Assembly: GCA_038202665.1 (NCBI GenBank)
Contig: JBBRES010000001.1
Location: 13,255-77,254, forward strand
Reading direction: 5' to 3'
Origin: Candidatus Kapaibacterium sp.
GTDB taxonomy: Bacteria; Bacteroidota; Ignavibacteria; Kapaibacteriales; Kapaibacteriaceae
Length of the DNA: 64,000 nucleotides
The position numbers and the translations under genes are program-made. The number at the start of each line of letters is the position of its first letter. The stretch's first letter is position 1. The notes beneath the pieces were generated by a model, which saw nothing but the letters and a program-made list of their open reading frames with translations, made no database searches and was not told the origin of the DNA. Shown here piece by piece: positions 27,626 to 35,699 of the stretch.

Positions 27626-27940
27626 GTAAAGTGAGAAGTGACGAGTGAGAAGTGAGAAGTCAAGTGAGAAGTGACGAGTGAGAAGTTCGTAAAGTGACAA
27701 GTGACGAGTGAGAAGTGAGAAGTCAAGTGAGAAGTGAGAAGTGAGAAGTGAGAAGTTCGTAAAGTGACAAGTGACGAGTGAGAAGTTCGTAAAGTGACAA
27801 GTGACGAGTGAGAAGTGAGAAGTCAAGTGAGAAGTGACAAGTGAGAAGTGGAATGTGACAGTCTGCCGGGAGGCTGCCGGGAGGCTGCCGGGAGGCTGCC
27901 GGGAGGCTGCCGGGAAGGGTGAGGAGTAAGAAGTGAGAAG
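27621..27940 (+). repeat. composite satellite array A: about 30 GTGAGAA-type heptamers, then 5x CTGCCGGGAGG, then 2-3 heptamers
   Basis: Tandem periodicity read directly. Unit variants are GTGAGAA, GTGACGA, GTGACAA, GTCAA and TTCGTAAA. The array fills the entire spacer between the PDO stop and the S51 peptidase GTG start. Confidence 0.95.
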
Positions 27941-28649
27941 CAAAAACATCATAGCGCTGGGTGGGGGCGGGTTTTCCATGGAACCGGAGAATACCGCTCT
28001 AGACCTTTACGTTTTGCGAGCTGCTGAAGCTGCAAGGCCGAAGGTGTGTTTTCTTCCGCACGCGGCGAGTGACGAGGCTCGATACTGTCTCAACTTCTTT
28101 ACGGCCTTCGCTCGGTACGACTGTACCCCGTCTTCGTTGTCGTTGTTCACAACGCCACCGAAAGAGAATATGGAATCGTTCTTGCATGAGCAAGACGTGA
28201 TCTATGTTGGAGGAGGCAATACGAAGTCGATGCTTGCAGTGTGGCGAGAGTGGGAGCTTGATCGGATCCTTCGTTCATGCTACGAGCATGGCGTGGTGCT
28301 GGCTGGCGTAAGCGCTGGTGCGAATTGTTGGTTCGATGCCTACATCACGGATTCAGCATCACAAGAGCTCGGCGCGCTCACGAACGGACTCGGACTTATC
28401 GGCGGAACATTTTGTCCGCATTACAATGGCGAAGAACAACGTAGACCAACGTTTCACCAACTCGTTGCAAACGGCACCGTGCCCGATGGCATCGCCTGCG
28501 ACGACAGCGTTGCGGCACATTTCAAGGATGGACAGCTACACGTAGCTGTTGCATCGAATCCGTACGCACAAGCATTTCACGTCCGCCGGACAGCCACGGG
28601 CGTTACAGAAGAATCCATATCCACTCATCATCTCGACACCACTTCATGA
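27933..28649 (+). CDS. peptidase S51 family (dipeptidase E / cyanophycinase-like)
   Basis: Conserved N-terminus IIALGGGGF and central GVSAGANCW nucleophile elbow. The GTG start lies within the last heptamers of array A. Confidence 0.7.
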   Translation: MRSKNIIALGGGGFSMEPENTALDLYVLRAAEAARPKVCFLPHAASDEARYCLNFFTAFARYDCTPSSLSLFTTPPKENMESFLHEQDVIYVGGGNTKSMLAVWREWELDRILRSCYEHGVVLAGVSAGANCWFDAYITDSASQELGALTNGLGLIGGTFCPHYNGEEQRRPTFHQLVANGTVPDGIACDDSVAAHFKDGQLHVAVASNPYAQAFHVRRTATGVTEESISTHHLDTTS

Positions 28650-28939
28650 GCACAGAGATCACACCAGAAGCCCTCAAAGCACGCATCGCAGCAGGCGAAA
28701 ACCTCGTCTTGCTCGACGTCCGCAGACCCGATGAACATGCAGAAAAAAATATTCCAGGATCGATCCTAATCACGTTGGATGAACTCGAAGACCGACTCGA
28801 CGAACTCGAGCCCTACCGCAACACAGAACTCATCGTCTACTGCAGAAGTGGCAACCGCAGCGGTCAAGCTTGTATGTTTCTCGACATGATTGGATTCACG
28901 GCAACCGTGAATTTGAAGGGTGGCATGTTGGCATGGTAG
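28646..28939 (+). CDS. single-domain rhodanese (sulfurtransferase)
   Basis: Active-site loop YCRSGNRSGQA. Confidence 0.8.
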   Translation: MSTEITPEALKARIAAGENLVLLDVRRPDEHAEKNIPGSILITLDELEDRLDELEPYRNTELIVYCRSGNRSGQACMFLDMIGFTATVNLKGGMLAW

Positions 28940-29724
28940 GCGTAGAGTTCATCGCCTATATCGTTGCCGTTCTTATCGGCATTTCACTTGGACTTATCGG
29001 CGCGGGCGGAGCGATTGTTGCTGTACCGCTCTTTGTCTATCTCCTTCAAATCCCTCCGACAAGAGCAAGCGGATACGCGTTGTTCGTTGTTGCCGTCTCA
29101 TCCATCTACGCCGTCATTCAACACCATCTTGCACGTCGCATCGACTGGCGAGCCGTGATCGCCTTTGGTATGTCTACAACGATCTCTGTGTTCTTGGTAC
29201 GTGCCTTCGTGATGCCTTTCCTCCCTGCCACCTTCACACTTGGACCTATCTCTGTGGAGCGAGATCATGCGCTGATGATCGCCTTTGCTGGGGTATTGTT
29301 TGCAGCGGCGATTGGCATGCTCAGAAGTACAGAGGAGCGCAGCACGGACACGCCGCCGCACGTCATGCGTCTCACGTTATTCGGTGTTGTGATTGGTGTG
29401 ATCAGTGGATTTCTTGGCGTTGGCGGCGGCTTTCTGATGACGCCCGCGCTCGTGCTGTGGGGTAGACTTGACATGAAGCGCGCTGTCGCAACATCGCTGT
29501 TTCTTATTTGCGTGAACTCTGCGGTTGGTGTTGCTGCGGATATGCGCGCCGGACTCGACTACGATTGGCCGTTCGTCCTCACATTCACGGGTCTCACAAC
29601 CGTCGGCATCATCATCGGCACCGTGCTTGGCAAACGCGTTCATGCAACACATTTGCGAAAAGGATTCGGTTGGTTCGTACTGCTAATAGGCACTGGCGTA
29701 TTACTCCGCGAGCTCTTCTTCTAA
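28933..29724 (+). CDS. TauE/SafE family sulfite/anion exporter
   Basis: Two internal repeats with GxGGG motifs (LIGAGGAIVAVP and FLGVGGGFLMTP). The ATG overlaps the rhodanese stop. Confidence 0.75.
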   Translation: MVGVEFIAYIVAVLIGISLGLIGAGGAIVAVPLFVYLLQIPPTRASGYALFVVAVSSIYAVIQHHLARRIDWRAVIAFGMSTTISVFLVRAFVMPFLPATFTLGPISVERDHALMIAFAGVLFAAAIGMLRSTEERSTDTPPHVMRLTLFGVVIGVISGFLGVGGGFLMTPALVLWGRLDMKRAVATSLFLICVNSAVGVAADMRAGLDYDWPFVLTFTGLTTVGIIIGTVLGKRVHATHLRKGFGWFVLLIGTGVLLRELFF

Positions 29725-29734
29725 TTCTACGATT

Positions 29735-30125
29735 TCGTTATTGTACACTTTCGCAGTCGTACCCGTTCGTCGCACCTCGCTATCGTTGTCCTATACTTTC
29801 GTCGCACTTCGCTTTCGTCGTACTTCGCTTTCGTAATACTCCCCTTTCGTAGAACTTCGTTTTCGTAGCACTTCGCTTTCGTCGTACTTCGCTTTCGTCG
29901 TACTTCGCTTTCGCAGAACTTCGCTTTCGTAGCACTTCGCTTTCGTAAAACTTCGTTTCGTCGTACTTCGCTTTCGTCGTACTTCGCTTTCGTCGTACTT
30001 CGCTTTCGCAGAACTTCGTTTTCGTAGCACTTCGTTTTCGTAATACTTCGTTATCGTAATACCTCGCTTTCGAAGCACTTCGTTTTCGAAACACTTCGTC
30101 TACGAAGTCCTTCGTTCTTGCAGTC
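29735..30125. repeat. satellite array B: about 24 tandem copies of a 16-mer, CTTCGCTTTCGTNGNA
   Basis: Perfect 16-bp periodicity over about 390 bp between convergent tauE-like and der 3' ends. Distal copies degrade into short palindromes (ACTTCGTCTACGAAGT). Confidence 0.95.
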
Positions 30126-30169
30126 CCTTGCTTTTTAGCCGAATGCTTTCGCTGCCGTACGTTTTCGCA

Positions 30170-31492
30170 TCATTCGTCTGCGAAGCGGTCCTTGTTTTTC
30201 GCACGGAACAAGAAGCTCACGGGCACACCTTCAAGTTCGAAGTGCTTACGAAGCTGACGCTCAATGAAGCGCTTATAGGCTTCCGGGATGAGTTCCGGGT
30301 GATTCGCAAAGAACGCGAACAGCGGTGGTGCAGATTTCACTTGCGTGATATAGTTAATGCGTAGGTCGCGGCCCTTCACGCTTGGCGGTGGTACACGCTC
30401 TAGATCTGGCAGAACAAGGTCGTTCAGCTTACTTGTGCTTACGCGCATCGTGCGCCGCGCTTGGATTTCCTTTGCCATTTCAAGAAGTCTCGTGACGCGC
30501 TGCTTTGTGAGTGCGCTCACGTACACCACTGGTGCGTAGTCCACTGTTGGCAGCTCTTCCTTGATCTTGCGAGTGAACTCTTCAGATGTATGAGTGTCTT
30601 TTTCTACAAGATCCCACTTGTTCACGGCGATGATAATACCGCGACGTGATTCCACTACTTGTGCGATGATACGCTTGTCTTGTGCTTCTAGACCTTGCGC
30701 TGCATCAACCACTACAATGGCAACATCGCACCGGTCAATCGCGCGCGCCGTACGCATCGTGCTATACAGTTCGACTTGTTCTTTGATCTGGCTACGTCTG
30801 CGAAGTCCAGCCGTATCAATCAGCACCATTTCTTCGCCATAGAACTTCACCGTGCTATCGATTGCATCGCGTGTTGTGCCAGCAATTGGCGTCACGATCA
30901 TGCGCTCTTTACCAAGCAACACATTGGTGATCGAGCTCTTTCCAACATTCGGTCTGCCAACGATGGCGATCTTCAATCGGTCATCTTCAACCTCGTGCTC
31001 TGCCGGCAGCGCGCTCACGATGGCATCAAGGAAGTCGCCGGTACTTCTTCCATTCAATGCGGAGATCGGGAACGGATCGCCAAGTCCAAGCGCATAGAAT
31101 TCGGATGCATTCAGGTCGGTTTTTGCATTGTCGCACTTATTCACGACTAAGGTCACTGGCTTACTCGATGTGCGAAGCATGGTGGCGATCGCCTCGTCGA
31201 TAGGTGTCATTCCGTCCACCCCATCCACGACCATGATAATGGCATCCGCTTCCTCAACGGCCATCATTGCCTGCTCACGAATGGCCTTATCGAACATTTC
31301 CATGCTCTTGGGTACGATACCTCCGGTATCGACCAATTGGAACGTATGTCCATTCCACTCGCCAACGGCATAGAGCCGATCGCGCGTCACACCGGGCTCC
31401 GACTCCACGATCGCGTGTCGTTCTTCGATGATGCGGTTGAACAATGTTGATTTGCCGACGTTAGGTCGGCCTACGATAGCTACGAGACTCAT
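30170..31492 (-). CDS. der: ribosome-biogenesis GTPase Der (EngA), two GTPase domains + KH-like
   Basis: Two G domains (GRPNVGKSTLFN and GRPNVGKSSITN). The start was taken at MSLVAIVGRPNVGKS. The upstream ORF extension translates repeat C. Confidence 0.9.
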   Translation of the reverse strand: MSLVAIVGRPNVGKSTLFNRIIEERHAIVESEPGVTRDRLYAVGEWNGHTFQLVDTGGIVPKSMEMFDKAIREQAMMAVEEADAIIMVVDGVDGMTPIDEAIATMLRTSSKPVTLVVNKCDNAKTDLNASEFYALGLGDPFPISALNGRSTGDFLDAIVSALPAEHEVEDDRLKIAIVGRPNVGKSSITNVLLGKERMIVTPIAGTTRDAIDSTVKFYGEEMVLIDTAGLRRRSQIKEQVELYSTMRTARAIDRCDVAIVVVDAAQGLEAQDKRIIAQVVESRRGIIIAVNKWDLVEKDTHTSEEFTRKIKEELPTVDYAPVVYVSALTKQRVTRLLEMAKEIQARRTMRVSTSKLNDLVLPDLERVPPPSVKGRDLRINYITQVKSAPPLFAFFANHPELIPEAYKRFIERQLRKHFELEGVPVSFLFRAKNKDRFADE

Positions 31493-31540
31493 ATGCGAAG
31501 TTACGGCTAAAGAGGAGAGGAAGGTGAAAAGGGGGTAGTC

Positions 31541-31727
31541 AAGTGAGAAGTGAGAAGTAAGCAAAGTGAGAAGTGACAAGTGAGAAGTAAGAAGTAAGTA
31601 AAGTGAGAAGTGACAAGTGAGGAGTGAGAAGTCAAGTGAGAGGTGAGAAGTGAGAAGTGAGTAAAGTGACAAGTGAGAAGTGAGAAGTGAGGAGTGAGTA
31701 AAGCGAGAAGAGACAAGTGAGGAGTGG
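31541..31727 (+). repeat. satellite array C: about 27 GTGAGAA-type heptamers
   Basis: Same unit family as array A. It lies in the divergent spacer between der (-) and the four-helix-bundle gene (+). Confidence 0.95.
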
Positions 31728-31814
31728 CGCCCTTTTAAGAGCTATGTCACGTTTGGGGGTCATCTAGGCCCCAGGTGGTGGAGGCACCAATCACTATGAA
31801 ACAAGCATAATCAT

Positions 31815-32192
31815 ATGAAAAGCGAGCAGGAATCGCCCCTTTTCGTCAAATCTGGGCAGTTAGCGGACCGAATACGGAATATTGCCCATGCAAAGTGGTG
31901 GGTTGACACCGACCGCGACATTCTGCGGCAAGTTCTCCGTTCTGGGACTTCAGTTGGCGCTAACTACCGAGAGGCCTGGTTTGCTGAAAGCAAAAACGAC
32001 TTCGCACACAAACTCAAGATTGTCCGAAAAGAGGCGAACGAGACGCTCTATTGGCTTGAACTTCTATCACAAACTCCGAGGTCACACATGTGTACCGACC
32101 TTGAATGCGCCCAACAACTCGCGCGCGAGATCATCTACTTGACCACCGCGTCAATCACTTCGTTAGGCCGTAAGCCTCCAAAGCCAACCTAG
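31815..32192 (+). CDS. four-helix-bundle protein (23S rRNA intervening-sequence protein family)
   Basis: Family pattern ..GANYREAWFAESKNDFAHKLKIVRKEANETLYWLELL. It is bracketed by inverted arrays C and D. Confidence 0.75.
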   Translation: MKSEQESPLFVKSGQLADRIRNIAHAKWWVDTDRDILRQVLRSGTSVGANYREAWFAESKNDFAHKLKIVRKEANETLYWLELLSQTPRSHMCTDLECAQQLAREIIYLTTASITSLGRKPPKPT

Positions 32193-32295
32193 CCCATACA
32201 CTGCAGCCAAACACGAAAAACATCGGCTATGCTCGACGCCTACGTGCGTCCGATAACTCCCGAAGTACTATACACCAAACCAACTATCGCACTTT

Positions 32296-32632
32296 CCCGG
32301 CAGCTTCCCGGCAGCCTCCCGGCAGACTGTCACATTCCACTCGTCACTTCTCACTTCTCACTTGACTTCTCACTTCTCACTCGTCACTTGTCACTTTACC
32401 CACTTCTCACTCGTCACTTGTCACTTTACCCACTTCTCACTCGTCACTTGTCACTTTACCCACTTCTCACTTGTCACTTGACTTCTCACTTCTCACTCGT
32501 CACTTGTCACTTTACCCACTTCTCACTTGTCACTTTACCCACTTCTCACTCGTCACTTCTCACTTGACTTCTCACTTCTCACTCGTCACTTGTCACTTTA
32601 CCCACTTCTCACTTTACTCACTTCTCATTCTT
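32296..32632 (-). repeat. satellite array D: 3x (C)CCCGGCAG followed by about 42 TTCTCAC-type heptamers with a 28-bp higher-order unit
   Basis: It is the reverse complement of array A. The higher-order unit CACTTCTCACTCGTCACTTGTCACTTTAC(C) repeats about 7 times. The array runs into the stop codon of the 32618..33526 gene. Confidence 0.95.
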
Positions 32633-33526
32633 CTGCTTCGCATGCTGCAGTCTCTCCATCAGCACAAAGTCATAGCTCACGAGCATCGTAGAGGCTGAGC
32701 CATACATGCCGATGGTGACGGCTTCTTTGTCGCCAACATTCCAGTAGACATATTCGGATTCGACAACGGCGTGTGGACCGTAGTGCGAGATGAGGTCGTC
32801 GACAAAAACTTTTGCCGCCTGTTCGCGTTGCGTTTTGTCGCGAAACGAGTAGTAGAGCTCCGACTTATATGCACGGTTTTGCGCGTCGATGTGAATGAGG
32901 AGAGAGTCGGCCGTGAAGCCATTGCGACTGTAGTTCTTGAAGGCGAGCACCGATTCTTCGATGCGCTTCTTTACGCAGCCAGAGTCCTTAGCGTAGTCTT
33001 CCACATCCTCGCGTGCAGTCTTCAGCGGCAAGGCGAGAGGCCACCTGCGCACCGTTGTGGAATCATTGAACACAAAATTGTCGGGTGCGAATCGGACGGT
33101 CATCAAATCGTCTTCCGTCACAACGCCAATACTTACGAGATCACCATCATATCCTTCCCACCCTGCAAAGTCCTCGCCAAACCGTGATGGCGCTCCGAGC
33201 TTCGTTGTTAGGATGTCGGTGACACGATCTAAGGTCTTTGCGCCTTCGTAGGGAATGTAGAGTGTGATGGCCGACATTGCATTGTTGCTGTAGTGCACGT
33301 ACACAGAGTCGGTCTTCATACCTTCCCACGTATACCCCGTTGCTTGCAACACTTGCTCCGCGCCCCAATCCATCATGCCGTCTCGCACCGTGAGTCCTTG
33401 CTTCGCGAGCACCACGCGCGCATTATCTGCGGGTGCCATGTAAGGCACTTGCGTTGGCCACGGATATTGGGCCATCAAGGAACACGTAGAAAGTAGGAAG
33501 GCGGCAAGGAGGAGCGGACGGGACAT
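32618..33526 (-). CDS. hypothetical secreted protein
   Basis: Signal peptide (LLAAFLLSTCSLMAQ). The last about 6 codons (..KQKNEK*) are encoded by repeat-like sequence. Confidence 0.45.
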   Translation of the reverse strand: MSRPLLLAAFLLSTCSLMAQYPWPTQVPYMAPADNARVVLAKQGLTVRDGMMDWGAEQVLQATGYTWEGMKTDSVYVHYSNNAMSAITLYIPYEGAKTLDRVTDILTTKLGAPSRFGEDFAGWEGYDGDLVSIGVVTEDDLMTVRFAPDNFVFNDSTTVRRWPLALPLKTAREDVEDYAKDSGCVKKRIEESVLAFKNYSRNGFTADSLLIHIDAQNRAYKSELYYSFRDKTQREQAAKVFVDDLISHYGPHAVVESEYVYWNVGDKEAVTIGMYGSASTMLVSYDFVLMERLQHAKQKNEK

Positions 33527-33568
33527 GGTAGATCCAACAATGAGTTGATAGCACCGATCATTTGCCGG

Positions 33569-34543
33569 TCACAACGCCTTGATGAGTTCGGCGACGATTG
33601 CCGATGGCGTCATGCCTTCTGCTTCTGCATTAAAGTTTGTGACGATGCGATGCCTGAGCACGCTTGCTGCCACTGCATTTACATCGTCGATCGATGGCGT
33701 GAATCTTCCTGAAAGTGCAGCGCGTGACTTTGCTCCCAAGACCAAGTACTGGGATGCACGCGGACCTGCTCCGTAGCTCAAGAAGTCGCGCACGATCTTT
33801 GCCGATGCGGCGCTTGGGCGGGTATTGCGCACCAACGTTACGGCATGTTGGATCACATTGTCGGCAACCGGTACTCTGCGCACGAGATTTTGATAAGCAA
33901 TGATGTCTTGAGCGCCGATAACGCGCGCGAGAGTAGGCGTACGCTCGACGGTTGTGCTTCGCACCACTTCCATCTCTTCTTCCATACTCGGATAGTCCAA
34001 CCACAGATTGAACATGAAACGATCCAACTGCGCTTCCGGAAGTGGATACGTCCCCTCTTGCTCGATAGGATTCTGTGTTGCAAGAACAAAGAATGGCTCT
34101 TCGAGTTGATACGTAGTGCCGGCCGCAGTAACGCTATGCTCTTGCATCGCTTCGAGTAAGGCCGCCTGTGTTTTCGGAGGGGTACGATTGATCTCGTCTG
34201 CCAAAACGATGTTGGCGAACACTGGACCCTTAACAAAACGGAAAGATTTATGTCCGGTCGTGATGTTGTCTTCGATTACTTCCGTTCCCGTGATATCACC
34301 CGGCATAAGATCTGGCGTGAACTGAATGCGGGAAAACGAAAGGTCCATGGTTTGTGCAAGCGTGCGAATGAGCAAGGTCTTTGCCAAGCCAGGCACACCA
34401 ACAAGGAGACAGTGCCCGCGTGCAAAGAGCGCGATCAACAATTGATCGATGACATCCTCTTGACCGACGATGACCTTTTGTATCTCCGTCTTGACATTCT
34501 TAATTGCCGACGATGCTTGTTGTACGAGTTCTACGTCATTCAT
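33569..34543 (-). CDS. MoxR-family AAA+ ATPase
   Basis: Walker A LLVGVPGLAKT, Walker B ILADEINR, and MoxR family length and pattern. Confidence 0.85.
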   Translation of the reverse strand: MNDVELVQQASSAIKNVKTEIQKVIVGQEDVIDQLLIALFARGHCLLVGVPGLAKTLLIRTLAQTMDLSFSRIQFTPDLMPGDITGTEVIEDNITTGHKSFRFVKGPVFANIVLADEINRTPPKTQAALLEAMQEHSVTAAGTTYQLEEPFFVLATQNPIEQEGTYPLPEAQLDRFMFNLWLDYPSMEEEMEVVRSTTVERTPTLARVIGAQDIIAYQNLVRRVPVADNVIQHAVTLVRNTRPSAASAKIVRDFLSYGAGPRASQYLVLGAKSRAALSGRFTPSIDDVNAVAASVLRHRIVTNFNAEAEGMTPSAIVAELIKAL

Positions 34544-35694
34544 GCTGAAACTTTCTCTGCGTTACGGTAGGCCGATTGTACATCGGCAAGTAGCTGATCG
34601 ATCTCAGCATCGGTGGTGAAACGTCCGAATGAAAAGCGTAGTGTGCATGCTGCTTGCTCTGGCGTGCGCGCCATGGCCGTGAGGACGTGCGATGGCTTGG
34701 GCTTTGCACTTGAACAGGCGCTTCCTTTGCTGGCACACACATCGGGCATGGCGTTCAAGAGAATGTCTGCATCGATGGTATCAAATGTGACGTTCGATGT
34801 TGTTGCGCTCCGCTTTGCACGATGTCCGTTCACGTGCACACCTTGCAACCCTGCCAACCCATCTTCGAACTTGTTGCGTAAGGCGCAAATGCGCGCTGCG
34901 TCGGATTCCATACAGGCATGTGCGATCTCGCCGGCTGTTGCAAGACCTACAATGCCCGGAACATTTAGTGTACCTGAACGAATGCCGCGCTCTTGTCCGC
35001 CTCCAAACAGCAATGGTTCTATGTCGCACGTTATCTCTTTGCGAGAGCGTATGAACAACGCTCCGGCCCCCTTTGGACCGTAGATTTTATGTCCGGAAAA
35101 CGTCATCAAATCAATGCCAAGCTCGTCTACCTGCAACGGCATCTTTCCATACGCCTGCGTAGCATCGGTCATAAAGAGTGCACCGTTGGCATGGGCTATG
35201 GCGGCAAGGGGCTGAAGGTCTTGGTAGACGCCGGTTTCGTTATTCACGGTCATCACGCTGAGCATGAGGGTGTTGGCGTTGACGTGCCGACCTACTTCGT
35301 CAAGGTCGAGTCGACCCATTCGATCCACCCCAAGAAAGACCACTTCCCATCCACGTTCTTGAAGGTACTTCGCAGCATCGATCACGGCCGCGTGTTCAGA
35401 GGCAACAGTAACGATGCGACGTCGCGCAGAACCACTGCGTTCGGCCTGTCGTGCAGCACCAAGCATGGCAAGATTGATGGCTTCTGTTGCGCCACTCGTA
35501 AAGACGATTTCGTTCATGCGAGCGCCAAGGTGCGATGCCACTTGCATACGCGCCTTCATAACAGCCTGCTGAGCCATCATGCCACCGGCATGATTACTTG
35601 AAGCGTTAAAGTAGACGTCGCGCAAGTACGGAAGCATTGCATCGAGTACTGCGGGGTCTACCGGAGTGGTGGCTGCATAGTCTGCGTAGATCAT
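34540..35694 (-). CDS. cysteine desulfurase (IscS/NifS-like, class V aminotransferase)
   Basis: PLP lysine motif SGHKIYGPKGAGALFIR and catalytic Cys loop ..ASKGSACSS. The start was taken at MIYADYAATTP. The ORF extension upstream is non-coding. Confidence 0.85.
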   Translation of the reverse strand: MIYADYAATTPVDPAVLDAMLPYLRDVYFNASSNHAGGMMAQQAVMKARMQVASHLGARMNEIVFTSGATEAINLAMLGAARQAERSGSARRRIVTVASEHAAVIDAAKYLQERGWEVVFLGVDRMGRLDLDEVGRHVNANTLMLSVMTVNNETGVYQDLQPLAAIAHANGALFMTDATQAYGKMPLQVDELGIDLMTFSGHKIYGPKGAGALFIRSRKEITCDIEPLLFGGGQERGIRSGTLNVPGIVGLATAGEIAHACMESDAARICALRNKFEDGLAGLQGVHVNGHRAKRSATTSNVTFDTIDADILLNAMPDVCASKGSACSSAKPKPSHVLTAMARTPEQAACTLRFSFGRFTTDAEIDQLLADVQSAYRNAEKVSA

Positions 35695-35699
35695 GGCGG

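Noticed and set aside
27621-27940. Possible CRISPR array
   Set aside because: The repeat units are 7, 11 and 16 bp, directly tandem, with no unique spacers of 25-50 bp and no cas genes. These are satellites, not CRISPR.
27071-27979. 302-aa minus-strand ORF (and 27526..27726, 31507..31716, 32229..32567, 32471..32698, 29780..30094, 29791..30078) translating as SHFSLLTSHF.. or RKRSATK.. repeats
   Set aside because: These are low-complexity translations of the heptamer and 16-mer satellites, or antisense to the PDO gene. The periodic amino-acid pattern simply mirrors the DNA period. They are annotation artifacts, not genes.
30170-31672. Long N-terminal extension of der, and likewise of the 58000..60414 kinase and the 34540..36084 desulfurase
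   Set aside because: The extensions are read-through of repeat arrays or an upstream non-coding region. Conserved N-termini (MSLVAIVGRPNVGKS and MIYADYAATTP) define the real starts.
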